Source: Spirochaetota bacterium (GTDB taxonomy: Bacteria > Spirochaetota > Spirochaetia > DTKZ01). Taken from it: DNA of 64,000 bases. The translations under genes and the position numbers were made by a program. Below are positions 28,824 through 37,855 of this stretch, piece by piece. The notes beneath the pieces are model-generated. The model saw nothing but the letters and a program-made list of their open reading frames with translations, was not told where the DNA came from and ran no database searches. Position 1 is the stretch's first letter, and each line of letters opens with the position of its first letter. The stretch spans positions 17,964-81,963 of the forward strand of contig JAOABU010000095.1 of assembly GCA_026418195.1 (NCBI GenBank), read 5' to 3'.

Positions 28824-30782
28824 TCAGGTACGGTCCGCTAGAGTAGAATCCGGATTGGGGAGAGGGAAGCGGATCGAGGCGGTAAGTCCACGAGGCACGG
28901 AGGGATAGAAATCCATAGAACCCTTCAACTGCTGTTCGATGAAATTGTATAGGGTGAGAAAACCAATAGTTTCTGCTTTCCGTGGATCGAATCCGGGTGG
29001 GAACCCGTTCCCCGAATCAGCAACCTCAAGCAAAGCTTCATGGTGTGGAAGGGACCGCATGGTCACCTGAATGGTCCCCCCCTTACCTACGGGGAACGCG
29101 TGTTTCACCGCATTGATGACCAGTTCGTTCACCACAAGCCCGATCACTACGGCAATTTTCGGTGGAACAAGGATCGATTCTATCATGGAGGAAAGAACGA
29201 TTCCCTGTGTATCCAGGTGGAATCCTTCGTTCGCAAGAGCCAGAACCTGTTCAAGATAGGGTTTCAGATTCACCGATTCGATCTGCTCTGTTGTTGCGCA
29301 CAACATCTGGTGAACAGTAGCAATAGAAGCGATTCTATTCTGCAGTTCTCTTACCGTAGTACGGACTTTGGCATCCTCTGAGTTCCCTAAATAGAGGGAC
29401 AGGAGGGAACTAACCAATTGAAGGTTATTCTTGGTCCGATGCACAAGTTCCCTCATTAGGGCTTCCTTTTCTTTGAGAGAGTTAGTTAACGCTTCGATGT
29501 ACCGAAGCCGTTGGGAAATATCCCGAACGCTAGCGATTACCTTTGTCTCTTCCCCAAAGGTAACCGATCGAAATGTAACTTCCACTGGAATTGAGTGACC
29601 TTTTCGATGCCGAGCTTCCCAATCGATTTGTTGAGGTCCTTCCTCTATGGATTTACGAATCATTTCGAGAGCTTTTTCCTCCGAATACGGAAGGGCTTCG
29701 TTACAGAACACCTTCAATGGAAGAGGAAGGAATTTTGAAAGGGGAAATGCAATCAATCGTTCAAAACTTCGATTACAGTTCAGTACTGTTCCATCGACAT
29801 CAAAGAGGAGAATCCCTTCCCCAATGGAGTTGAACAAGGAGGAAACGTACTCCTTTTCTTTTTCAAGTTCCCAGGTTCTTCGTTTTACCGCTCGTTTGAG
29901 GGTAACGATCCAAAGGAAGAGAAGAAGTATTACAAGAAGCACTCCTGCGAGGATTTTCCATAGAAGGGTTACATCGATTGGGGCTCGAAGGGACCTACCG
30001 TACCACTTTTCTTCCAACCGTTCGTATACCCCGGAAGGAATTCGTTTAAAGCCTCCCTCCACATGGGCGAGAAGGGCGAGATTCCCCTTACGAACAGCTC
30101 GATGGAATGCCCCGGTGTATAGGGGGAGGGTACTCCGAAACTCATCCAGGAGATCGTACTTGTGAAGAAAATAGAGGGCTGGGGGTTTGTCTATGGAAAA
30201 GACTCGAATGGTCCCCAATTTCGCGGCCATGGCAATGGATTCGTAATTCAAGAACTCCTTTAAGTTGAACACTCCCTGTTCCTGGAGAATTCCGATTACC
30301 GCGTCTCCTTTCTTTACACCAACCACGAATCCCTGCAAATCTCTTGCTGATGCGATTCCCGAGATGTCCCGGTGAAAGAAGATGGGAACTTCGATGCTCT
30401 TGTAGGGAGAAGAAAAATCGAGGTAACCTTCTCGTTCGGGAGTCTTGAAAATCGTATCGATCACATCAAACCTCCCTGCGCGCATCTGTTCTAGCGCTAT
30501 GCCCCAATCCATTCCACTTAGGGTGACTTTGGTTCCTGTAATCTTAGACCAATGTTCCCAGAGGTCTACCAGTAGACCTTGAAGGCGCCCTTCAGGACTC
30601 CGAAAGGAAAAGGGAGGATAGTTGTCGTCTATACCTACGGTGATTTCTGTTGGGGGGGTAAATGGAGGTATCTCTTGGGCAGCGACCTGTACAGCGAAGA
30701 AGGAAGGAATCGAGCAAAGGAGAGTAATTAGCTGGAACCATACGGGAAGCTGCCGGGTCTGTATGTTCATAATTCTGAACAT
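28824..30782 (-). CDS. Sensor histidine kinase with two periplasmic solute-binding (SBP_bac_3-like) domains, a PAS-like region and a HisKA_2/HWE-type kinase core
   Basis: Signal/TM at N-terminus, a second TM (LLVILLLFLWIV), H-box HRTKNNLQLVSSLLSL typical of HisKA_2/HWE kinases, and an ATPase region (ADSGNGFPPGF). Confidence 0.75.
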   Translation of the reverse strand: MFRIMNIQTRQLPVWFQLITLLCSIPSFFAVQVAAQEIPPFTPPTEITVGIDDNYPPFSFRSPEGRLQGLLVDLWEHWSKITGTKVTLSGMDWGIALEQMRAGRFDVIDTIFKTPEREGYLDFSSPYKSIEVPIFFHRDISGIASARDLQGFVVGVKKGDAVIGILQEQGVFNLKEFLNYESIAMAAKLGTIRVFSIDKPPALYFLHKYDLLDEFRSTLPLYTGAFHRAVRKGNLALLAHVEGGFKRIPSGVYERLEEKWYGRSLRAPIDVTLLWKILAGVLLVILLLFLWIVTLKRAVKRRTWELEKEKEYVSSLFNSIGEGILLFDVDGTVLNCNRSFERLIAFPLSKFLPLPLKVFCNEALPYSEEKALEMIRKSIEEGPQQIDWEARHRKGHSIPVEVTFRSVTFGEETKVIASVRDISQRLRYIEALTNSLKEKEALMRELVHRTKNNLQLVSSLLSLYLGNSEDAKVRTTVRELQNRIASIATVHQMLCATTEQIESVNLKPYLEQVLALANEGFHLDTQGIVLSSMIESILVPPKIAVVIGLVVNELVINAVKHAFPVGKGGTIQVTMRSLPHHEALLEVADSGNGFPPGFDPRKAETIGFLTLYNFIEQQLKGSMDFYPSVPRGLTASIRFPLPNPDSTLADRT

Positions 30783-30838
30783 CTTTTAATATTTTAAAAT
30801 AGGATTTTGAATTGTGCAAGGAAATTGGATATTTTGCA

Positions 30839-30844
30839 TATAAT
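30839..30844 (+). promoter_or_regulatory. Perfect TATAAT -10 hexamer in the AT-rich divergent region upstream of the phosphorylase gene
   Basis: TATAAT about 70 nt upstream of the ATG at 30916. No good -35 identified. Confidence 0.3.
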
Positions 30845-30915
30845 TTTCTTTATTTTGTACCAAAGAGTGCACAGAAGTAGCCCGTAGAAACTTCGCGAAC
30901 AGGAAAGAGTATGGT

Positions 30916-32259
30916 ATGCTATGGAGCATGCGTGCGGTAGATATCATTCGGAAAAAACGGGATGGAGGGGAACTGAATGCGGAAGAAATCCGGTTCCTCA
31001 TCCGAGGATGTTTGGATGGTTCTGTTCCCGACTACCAAGTGGCAGCCTGGCTCATGGCAGTATACTTTCGAGGAATGAGTGACCAAGAAATGGGTGATTT
31101 AACAAAGGAAATGATCGAGAGTGGGGATCGGATAGACCTGTCCGGGATTCCGGGTCCCTTTGTGGATAAACACTCAACCGGTGGTGTTGGGGACAAAGTC
31201 TCGTTGATCTTGGCTCCACTGGTGGCCTGTTTTGGGATCAAGGTTCCCATGATGAGTGGGCGATCGTTGGGGCATACAGGAGGAACACTGGATAAACTGG
31301 AAGCTATTCCGGGGTACCGGATCGCCCGAGATCCCGAAGAGTTCCGACGTGTTCTCCTGCAAACCGGGTACGCCATGACCGGACAGAGTGAGCGAATCGT
31401 TCCTGCTGATCGGGTACTGTATGCCCTACGGGATGTCACTGCAACGGTAGAATCCATCCCCCTCATCACTGCTAGCATCCTTTCCAAGAAGTTTGCCGAA
31501 GGAGCGGAAAGTCTCGTGTTTGATGTGAAGTGCGGAGACGGAGCTTTCATGAAAACTCTTGCGGATGCGGAGGAACTGGCAAAGTCCTTAGCTCGGACAG
31601 GGAAGAAACTGGGACGTAAAATTGTTGCGGTCATTACGGACATGAATGAACCCCTGGGAAGGATGGTAGGGAACTTTCTGGAAGCGGAAGAATCAGCCTT
31701 ATGTTTGAGGGGAGAAACTAGGGGAAGGGAAGATTTGATGGAAGTTACGTTGAGACTGTCCGCTTGGATGTTAGTGGCGGGCGGAATGGCGAAAACACCT
31801 GAAGAAGGGATGGAGCGTTGCCAAAAGATGATGGAAAGTGGAAAACCGTACCAACGGTTCCTGGCGAATATCGAAGCTCAGGGTGGTGATCCAAAAGCCT
31901 TCGAACAGGGGATCGGCACCCTTCGCGCTCCCATTCGCAGAACCTTGAAAGCTTCGAAGGATGGTAGGATCCAGAGGATTGAAGCATATAAAACAGGCTT
32001 AGCTACCGTAGTATTGGGTGCGGGGCGGAACAAGACAACGGATTCGGTGTATCCCTACGTAGGCATTCACTTTTTTAGGAAAAAGGGAGAATCCGTACAA
32101 GAGGGAGAACCCATCCTGGAATTGTATGGAGAGACGGATCCGTCTGCCAATGAAGCACTCTCTATTCTGCGGCAGGCCGTGCATATAGCCTCTAACTCTG
32201 AGGAAACAAGTCCTTTACATCCTAGATCTCTCGTGTTGAAGGAGATTGTCGCTTTATGA
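30916..32259 (+). CDS. Thymidine / pyrimidine-nucleoside phosphorylase
   Basis: VDKHSTGGVGDKVSLILAPLVA phosphate-binding motif and overall family similarity. The start could be the downstream ATG (MRAVD). Confidence 0.88.
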   Translation: MLWSMRAVDIIRKKRDGGELNAEEIRFLIRGCLDGSVPDYQVAAWLMAVYFRGMSDQEMGDLTKEMIESGDRIDLSGIPGPFVDKHSTGGVGDKVSLILAPLVACFGIKVPMMSGRSLGHTGGTLDKLEAIPGYRIARDPEEFRRVLLQTGYAMTGQSERIVPADRVLYALRDVTATVESIPLITASILSKKFAEGAESLVFDVKCGDGAFMKTLADAEELAKSLARTGKKLGRKIVAVITDMNEPLGRMVGNFLEAEESALCLRGETRGREDLMEVTLRLSAWMLVAGGMAKTPEEGMERCQKMMESGKPYQRFLANIEAQGGDPKAFEQGIGTLRAPIRRTLKASKDGRIQRIEAYKTGLATVVLGAGRNKTTDSVYPYVGIHFFRKKGESVQEGEPILELYGETDPSANEALSILRQAVHIASNSEETSPLHPRSLVLKEIVAL

Positions 32260-34373
32260 AATGGGAAAAAGCTCCGTTGGATGTAGAGAAGGCGAAGGAG
32301 CTATCGGATCGATTTGGAGTGAGCCTTTTAGTGGCTTCCATTTTGGTTCGAAGAGGGATACTAGATCCCGAAGAGCTTATGTTCTTCTTCGAAGAGGATA
32401 TACGGTACCTCCATAACCCCTTTCTTTTCGTAGAGATGGAGGATGTGGTTGATCGGATCCTAGCAGCAAAGGAGGAACAGGAAAAGGTACTTGTGTTCGG
32501 GGATCGGGATGTGGATGGTATCACTGCTACTGCACTCCTGGTGAAGACTTTGAGTCGAATGGGTATCCCTGTGACGTGGAAACTTCCCATGGGAGATGAT
32601 CCCTATGGGTTGACCAAAGAAGTGGTGGAAGAGTTCGCCAAGGAAGGGGGAAGTCTTATCATCACGGTGGACTGCGGAATTTCAAACTCTAGGGAAGTGG
32701 AGTATGCAACCCAGTTGGGTGTGGACACCATCATCCTGGACCATCATACCCCCCAAGAGAGGGTTCCCCCTGCCTTAGCTATCGTGAATCCTAAGATGGA
32801 AGATGCTGGTTACCCGTTCCGAGACCTTGCAGGGTGTGGAGTGGTAGCAAAAGTTATCTGGGCATTAGCCTTTGGAGAAACGGAACTGTACAAGGAATCC
32901 TTTACCCTTCTCAATTTGCGTCCCGGGAACGATTCCGTTATCCTTGAAGCGGCCATTCTGAAGAACATGCTGGTAGAAGATCGGATTACCGAAGTGCTTG
33001 TTCCTGGTATGGTGCACATGGATCAGACGAGGCTCCTGAAGTTCTTTGGAAAGCGCATCCTTGTCTACGACGCAAAAACCCAGGAGAGGATGCTCCGAAG
33101 GATCTTTGGGCAGGATGCAGAGATCTACCTAGAAGATCTAGCGCCTGATCTAACTGCTCACTTTCCCGGTTTACAAGGGAAGAGCCTTCTGCGATTACGG
33201 GAGCTATCCCGGGGAGGACGGTATCGACAGGAACCTTTCACAGAATTAGATGTGTTGATCAATCTGTTCTCTTCCTGGGTGTTAAAGAAGTTTCCTAGCC
33301 TTTCCTCCCAGTATCGGAGTATCCTGGATCTAGTGGCGATTGGTACACTAACGGATATGATGCCTATCCGAAACGAGAATCGTCTTCTAGTGAAGACTGG
33401 ACTAAAGTTGTTAAACGAGGGAGCTCGAGAAGGAATACGAGAGTTGTTGCGTCAACAGAACCTAACGGGAAAACCGTTGTCAAGTCGAGACATTGCTTGG
33501 CAACTTGGTCCTGCTCTCAATGCTACAGGTAGGATGGGGGAACCGGACAAGGCTGCCCGATTGCTGTTGAGCGAGGTAGCAGAAGAACGTGAAGCTCTGG
33601 CAACGGGGGTGATGGAACTGAACAAGATGCGGAGAAAGATTGGGGATGATCTATGGGAACAGATCCTCCCCAGTGCTCGAGCAAGTTTTGAAGAGTATGG
33701 AAACAAGTTTGTCGTAGTTTCGGATGCTCGGATCCATAGAGGAATCACTGGAATCCTCGCTGCCCGGCTTTCGAACTTTTTCAAGGTTCCTGCCATTGCT
33801 TGCGCGGTTTTGGAGGATAAGGTTGTAGGCTCTCTACGGAGCAACCGAGGATACGGTGTGAAGCATTTTCTCGAGCGGTGTTCGGATCTGTTTCAGGATG
33901 CAGGGGGACATGAGTTCGCTGCAGGATTTAACCTTAAACCGGAGGATCTACCTAGATTGATGGATCGATTAAAGGGGATTCTGCCCGAAGTATCGCTAAA
34001 TGGGGATGAGGGAAGCGTTTTAAAAATAGATGCTGAAATTCCTCCTGCCTACATGAATCCAAAGGATCTAGAGTTTGCGTTAGAGTTCTTTTCACCGTTT
34101 GGAGAAGAAAACCCTCCCCTTGTTTTTCGAACTACAGGCGCACAGATCCAGAGCATCGATTTCATGGGCAGAAAAGAACAATCTCATACCCGTCTTCTCA
34201 TTCGTACCGGTGCCTATGCCTTTCCTGCCGTCTTTTGGAACTCGGCAGAACGGGTGGGAAGAGACTTTTCCGTGAACGATACAGTCTCCATTATCTATGA
34301 AATACAGAAAAATACGTTTCAGAATCAAGAAACTCTGCAGTTAATGATCCTCGACATCGAAAAGGAACCATAA
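32256..34373 (+). CDS. recJ: Single-stranded-DNA-specific exonuclease RecJ
   Basis: DHH motifs (VLVFGDRDVDGITA; ILDHHTP) and a DHHA1 region. 705 aa. ATGA overlap with the upstream gene. Confidence 0.88.
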   Translation: MKWEKAPLDVEKAKELSDRFGVSLLVASILVRRGILDPEELMFFFEEDIRYLHNPFLFVEMEDVVDRILAAKEEQEKVLVFGDRDVDGITATALLVKTLSRMGIPVTWKLPMGDDPYGLTKEVVEEFAKEGGSLIITVDCGISNSREVEYATQLGVDTIILDHHTPQERVPPALAIVNPKMEDAGYPFRDLAGCGVVAKVIWALAFGETELYKESFTLLNLRPGNDSVILEAAILKNMLVEDRITEVLVPGMVHMDQTRLLKFFGKRILVYDAKTQERMLRRIFGQDAEIYLEDLAPDLTAHFPGLQGKSLLRLRELSRGGRYRQEPFTELDVLINLFSSWVLKKFPSLSSQYRSILDLVAIGTLTDMMPIRNENRLLVKTGLKLLNEGAREGIRELLRQQNLTGKPLSSRDIAWQLGPALNATGRMGEPDKAARLLLSEVAEEREALATGVMELNKMRRKIGDDLWEQILPSARASFEEYGNKFVVVSDARIHRGITGILAARLSNFFKVPAIACAVLEDKVVGSLRSNRGYGVKHFLERCSDLFQDAGGHEFAAGFNLKPEDLPRLMDRLKGILPEVSLNGDEGSVLKIDAEIPPAYMNPKDLEFALEFFSPFGEENPPLVFRTTGAQIQSIDFMGRKEQSHTRLLIRTGAYAFPAVFWNSAERVGRDFSVNDTVSIIYEIQKNTFQNQETLQLMILDIEKEP

Positions 34374-34376
34374 TCT

Positions 34377-35327
34377 ATGGGAAAGAGAACAATCCTCACC
34401 CTAACCCTTTTATTCTGCCTATTCCTTGTCCCAGCGTCGAGTGAAGCACTGGTGTATACCCCACAGGAGGTATTTCTTGGGGATCCTTTACCGATTCGTA
34501 TTTATACGAACCCTAGGGTGCAGGAGGTAACGATTCAGATATGGGATGATGAAGTCAAGAAAACTCTCCTAATAGAGGGAAAAGCTTTCAGAATACGGGA
34601 AGAAGAGGAGGCTACCCTGTGGGTAGGTCTTGTAGGGATCCCTACGGTTACCCGGCCTGGGTCGTATCGAATCGAAATACGTATGGGAGAAGGGGCCCAA
34701 GTAGTGCCCTTGAGTGTATTGGGTAAACCTTTCATTCACGAAGAGATAGCGCTGAATCGAGAGATGACTAAACTGCGTACGGAAGAAGATGCTAGAAAAG
34801 TGAAAGAAATGAAGGAACTCTTGGAACGGGTTTCGCAGTTCAATGTTCAATCCATCCATCAGTTAAAACCTTTTCGAATGCCTGTGGAAGGATTCAGACG
34901 AACTTCCCTCTTTGGGGACCGTAGAAAGTATCGGTATGCGGATGGAAACATGGATCAGTCTATTCACACGGGTATAGACTTCGCTACTCCTCGGGGAACA
35001 CCTGTTGGTGCTTCTGCTGCTGGGCGGGTGGCGTTCGCAGGGCCTAGAATCCTTACTGGAAACACTGTAGTACTGGAACATCTGCCGGGGGTGTACACCC
35101 TGTACTATCACCTGGACAGGATCGATGTGAAAGAGGGGAATCAAGTGAAGGAAGGGGAACGCATAGGAACCTCAGGTGCCACAGGATTGATTACAGGGCC
35201 CCATTTGCATTGGGAGGTGCGGGTAGGAGGAATTCCGGTGAATCCTGATGCCTTTCTTCAAACAGGTCCTCTTGACAAATTCTTCCAACTGTTGGAAACT
35301 GCGGTAGAATTAAAAGAGGGGAGGTGA
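34377..35327 (+). CDS. M23-family metallopeptidase (secreted)
   Basis: Signal peptide. [14 protein letters not shown] ... GPHLHWEV are the M23 HxxxD / HxH zinc motifs. Confidence 0.85.
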   Translation: MGKRTILTLTLLFCLFLVPASSEALVYTPQEVFLGDPLPIRIYTNPRVQEVTIQIWDDEVKKTLLIEGKAFRIREEEEATLWVGLVGIPTVTRPGSYRIEIRMGEGAQVVPLSVLGKPFIHEEIALNREMTKLRTEEDARKVKEMKELLERVSQFNVQSIHQLKPFRMPVEGFRRTSLFGDRRKYRYADGNMDQSIHTGIDFATPRGTPVGASAAGRVAFAGPRILTGNTVVLEHLPGVYTLYYHLDRIDVKEGNQVKEGERIGTSGATGLITGPHLHWEVRVGGIPVNPDAFLQTGPLDKFFQLLETAVELKEGR

Positions 35328-35542
35328 TTTTCATAGCCTTTATAAGAGTAGACGAGGGTGAAGCACTGGAAAAAGCCATCAAACGGTTCAAACGAATGGT
35401 GGAGAAAGAAGGTATCATCCGCGAATGGAAAAAACGGGAATTTTACGAAAAACCTTCGGCCATCAAACATCGAAAAGAAAAATCCCTCGAACGAAAGCTG
35501 ATGAAGAAGGTACGAAAACTTCAGGCCATGAAATCTTACTAG
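35324..35542 (+). CDS. rpsU: 30S ribosomal protein S21 (GTG start)
   Basis: [45 protein letters not shown] matches the S21 consensus (V..NE..D.AL.RFKR..EK.G...E.RRRE.YEKP). GTG start overlaps the upstream TGA (GTGA). Confidence 0.85.
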   Translation: MIFIAFIRVDEGEALEKAIKRFKRMVEKEGIIREWKKREFYEKPSAIKHRKEKSLERKLMKKVRKLQAMKSY

Positions 35543-35546
35543 TGCC

Positions 35547-36308
35547 ATGAAGGGTAAAAACGCCTTCCAAGCCGTCCCTCTATTCAAAGGGGCGGCTTTT
35601 TTCTTTAGGATTGCTCTTTTATTAGTATCGATTCTACTTTTTTCCTGCAGCGGTAGGTATCCTAGAATCCATGACGTTCGGTATAGAATCATAATTCTTC
35701 AAGGACCGAACGATACCACTCCACAGGAAACTCTTTCCCTTGCTCTCGATATAACGGATGAAGATGGTATCGAAGATCTGGAAGCTGTTGCATTGGTGCA
35801 GGACGCAGAAGAACTCTATTGGAAGATCCGGCGGGACCAGTGGGAATGGAAACCTTTTGCAGGAGGAAAATGGTTGGTGTGTTCAGGACTGCTGTCCCAA
35901 CCCGGGAGACCCTTTCCCCGAGGAGGATACCGAGTAGTGGTAACGGACTTGGCAGGTTACCGAGCTGAACGAGAGTTTTCCCTTAGTGCTGAACCCTTCA
36001 GGGGTACCTTTCCATCGATTCAAAAAAAGGGTGGTATGCTGGTACTGTATCCAGGTTCTGGATCTACCCTTCTAGTGCTTACCTCTTCCACAGGTTCCAC
36101 ATTGGGTAGTTTTCCTCTGAAGCGAGGGGAAAACTCCTTGCAACCGATCCTAGCATCCCCCGCGATTCGTACTCAAGTGAAAGAATTCTTCTTATACTCA
36201 AAAACTTCTGATGGGGATGGCCCGATCTGGGTAAAAGGCCCGTATGAGGGATCAAAATTTTTCTTTTCCCGTGAGGAAACTAAAGATCCGGTACAAGAAG
36301 TCCAGTAG
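35547..36308 (+). CDS. Hypothetical lipoprotein
   Basis: Signal peptide with lipobox-like LLFSCSG. No recognised domain. Confidence 0.5.
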   Translation: MKGKNAFQAVPLFKGAAFFFRIALLLVSILLFSCSGRYPRIHDVRYRIIILQGPNDTTPQETLSLALDITDEDGIEDLEAVALVQDAEELYWKIRRDQWEWKPFAGGKWLVCSGLLSQPGRPFPRGGYRVVVTDLAGYRAEREFSLSAEPFRGTFPSIQKKGGMLVLYPGSGSTLLVLTSSTGSTLGSFPLKRGENSLQPILASPAIRTQVKEFFLYSKTSDGDGPIWVKGPYEGSKFFFSREETKDPVQEVQ

Positions 36309-37208
36309 TTGCGCTTTCCATCCCTGACCATATCGAATACTGAAATCCTCCACCGCTTTGGAGACTGGATAGTTCTGTCCATACTTCTGTTTCAACGCAT
36401 CCCAGTGTCGAGAGATCCAAACGTACATATCCGCAGGTGTTCGACCAGGAAATCGTGACAGAACTCCCCCCTGTTTCACCAAATCTATGATTGGCTTGAA
36501 CACGTTGTCATGCCAGGAAATCATCGCTTCCTGAAACGAAATTTCCTTATCCGAGTTCTGGTTGATGAAATATTTATGCACCAGAATATGTTCTAGAATT
36601 TCATCGTATCGGCCCGTAGCAGTGAATACTAACTCTTCGGGAGGAAAAAATTTGTCGTATCCTGTCTTTTCGAAAAATTGTTTTTGTTCCCACTGAATCA
36701 CTTTCTCTTTCAAGGTGTCTCGGGTAACGTCTGGATCCAGTTGAATTTCTGAGTTGAGGGAGACTACCTCTGCATCGATTGCCTCTACTCCCTGCATACG
36801 AGCAACGGAAACCCGATGATTCCCATCTCGAACGAAGTAGAGGCCACCGATCTCATAGAGTTTTATGGGGGGGAGGATGATATTTTGTAAATGGGCCAGA
36901 TCGATGTTCATCCATCGTTGTCGAAGGTATTCATACCGAGGAAGGTATTTTTTATCGAAATCTCTGTACCGCCCTTCACTTCCTACGATTCGGTCGATAG
37001 GTACTGTCTGCATCCCCTTATATGTCTCGCTCTTGGGTTTCAGAATCTCTTTAATCTCGTCCAGACTCAATAGATCTGCTCGACCCGGTTGCCAAATAGA
37101 AAGAATTCGGTTAATCGTCTCTTTCCAACGGGCTCGGTTGAAATCCTGTTGAGCCTGTTCCTTCAAATGGCCACTCATACGTCCTTCACCTCTATCTCTA
37201 TGACACAA
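36252..37208 (-). CDS. ParB/sulfiredoxin-fold nuclease-like domain protein
   Basis: LYEIGGLYFVRDGNHRVSVARMQGVEAIDAEVV contains the ParB-type DGNHR-like motif. The rest is unrecognised. The true start may be the downstream ATG (MSGHLKEQ). Confidence 0.55.
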   Translation of the reverse strand: MCHRDRGEGRMSGHLKEQAQQDFNRARWKETINRILSIWQPGRADLLSLDEIKEILKPKSETYKGMQTVPIDRIVGSEGRYRDFDKKYLPRYEYLRQRWMNIDLAHLQNIILPPIKLYEIGGLYFVRDGNHRVSVARMQGVEAIDAEVVSLNSEIQLDPDVTRDTLKEKVIQWEQKQFFEKTGYDKFFPPEELVFTATGRYDEILEHILVHKYFINQNSDKEISFQEAMISWHDNVFKPIIDLVKQGGVLSRFPGRTPADMYVWISRHWDALKQKYGQNYPVSKAVEDFSIRYGQGWKAQLLDFLYRIFSFLTGKEKF

Positions 37209-37855
37209 TGATCATACGCATTTATCACTTCTGTTTGATAGTACCGTTCTACTCTTTTCGTGTTTATATCATACAGATGAATATGCCCATGAATCAAATA
37301 CTTTGGCTTGAATACCCGCATGAACCAGAGAAAAGCTTTGAATCCTCGGTGACACTGATCCGGTTGATCATGAATCCCAAGGGGTGCGGCATGAGTCAGA
37401 AGGATATCCAAGTACCGGCCATACCAGAGCTTGTTCCATAAAAGTCCGGGAATAAGTTTCAGAATTCTCAGGTACATCTGGAAATCGGTGTACTGGTTTT
37501 CTCCCTCGTTGTATCGCATACTTCCCCCAAGACCTGCGATGAGGAGCCCTTTGATACGAGTTATTTTCCATCCTGTGTGAGTAGCCCCAAAGGTATTCTG
37601 TAACTCTGGGTCGTATTGTTCGATGGAAGAGTAGAGGGACATTTTCTTGTTGAAGAGGGTGAGACTTTTCAGATTATGGTTGCCAAACACGAATACGATG
37701 GGACGGTTTAAGGTAGCTGAGAGAAACCCAAGATATTCCATTGGAAGATCCCCCGCAGAGAGTACCAAATCTATATCCTTGAACCGTTCTTTTACCGTAG
37801 GACTATATACCAGGGGATCGATATGGTCTGCTACACATAGGATCTTGAGTCGCAT
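37175..37855 (-). CDS. Calcineurin-like metallophosphoesterase (YfcE/MJ0936-like)
   Basis: KILCVADHID...LSAGDL...VFVFGNHN...GHIH motifs (D-x-H, GD, GNH, GH). Confidence 0.8.
   Translation of the reverse strand: MRLKILCVADHIDPLVYSPTVKERFKDIDLVLSAGDLPMEYLGFLSATLNRPIVFVFGNHNLKSLTLFNKKMSLYSSIEQYDPELQNTFGATHTGWKITRIKGLLIAGLGGSMRYNEGENQYTDFQMYLRILKLIPGLLWNKLWYGRYLDILLTHAAPLGIHDQPDQCHRGFKAFLWFMRVFKPKYLIHGHIHLYDINTKRVERYYQTEVINAYDHCVIEIEVKDV

Noticed and set aside
28481-28846. ORFs 28481-28846 (+) and 28588-28815 (-) between ribD and the sensor kinase
   Set aside because: The region is occupied by the FMN riboswitch aptamer, its terminator and the promoter. The riboswitch's sequence conservation explains the region better than a 121-aa or 75-aa protein with no motifs.
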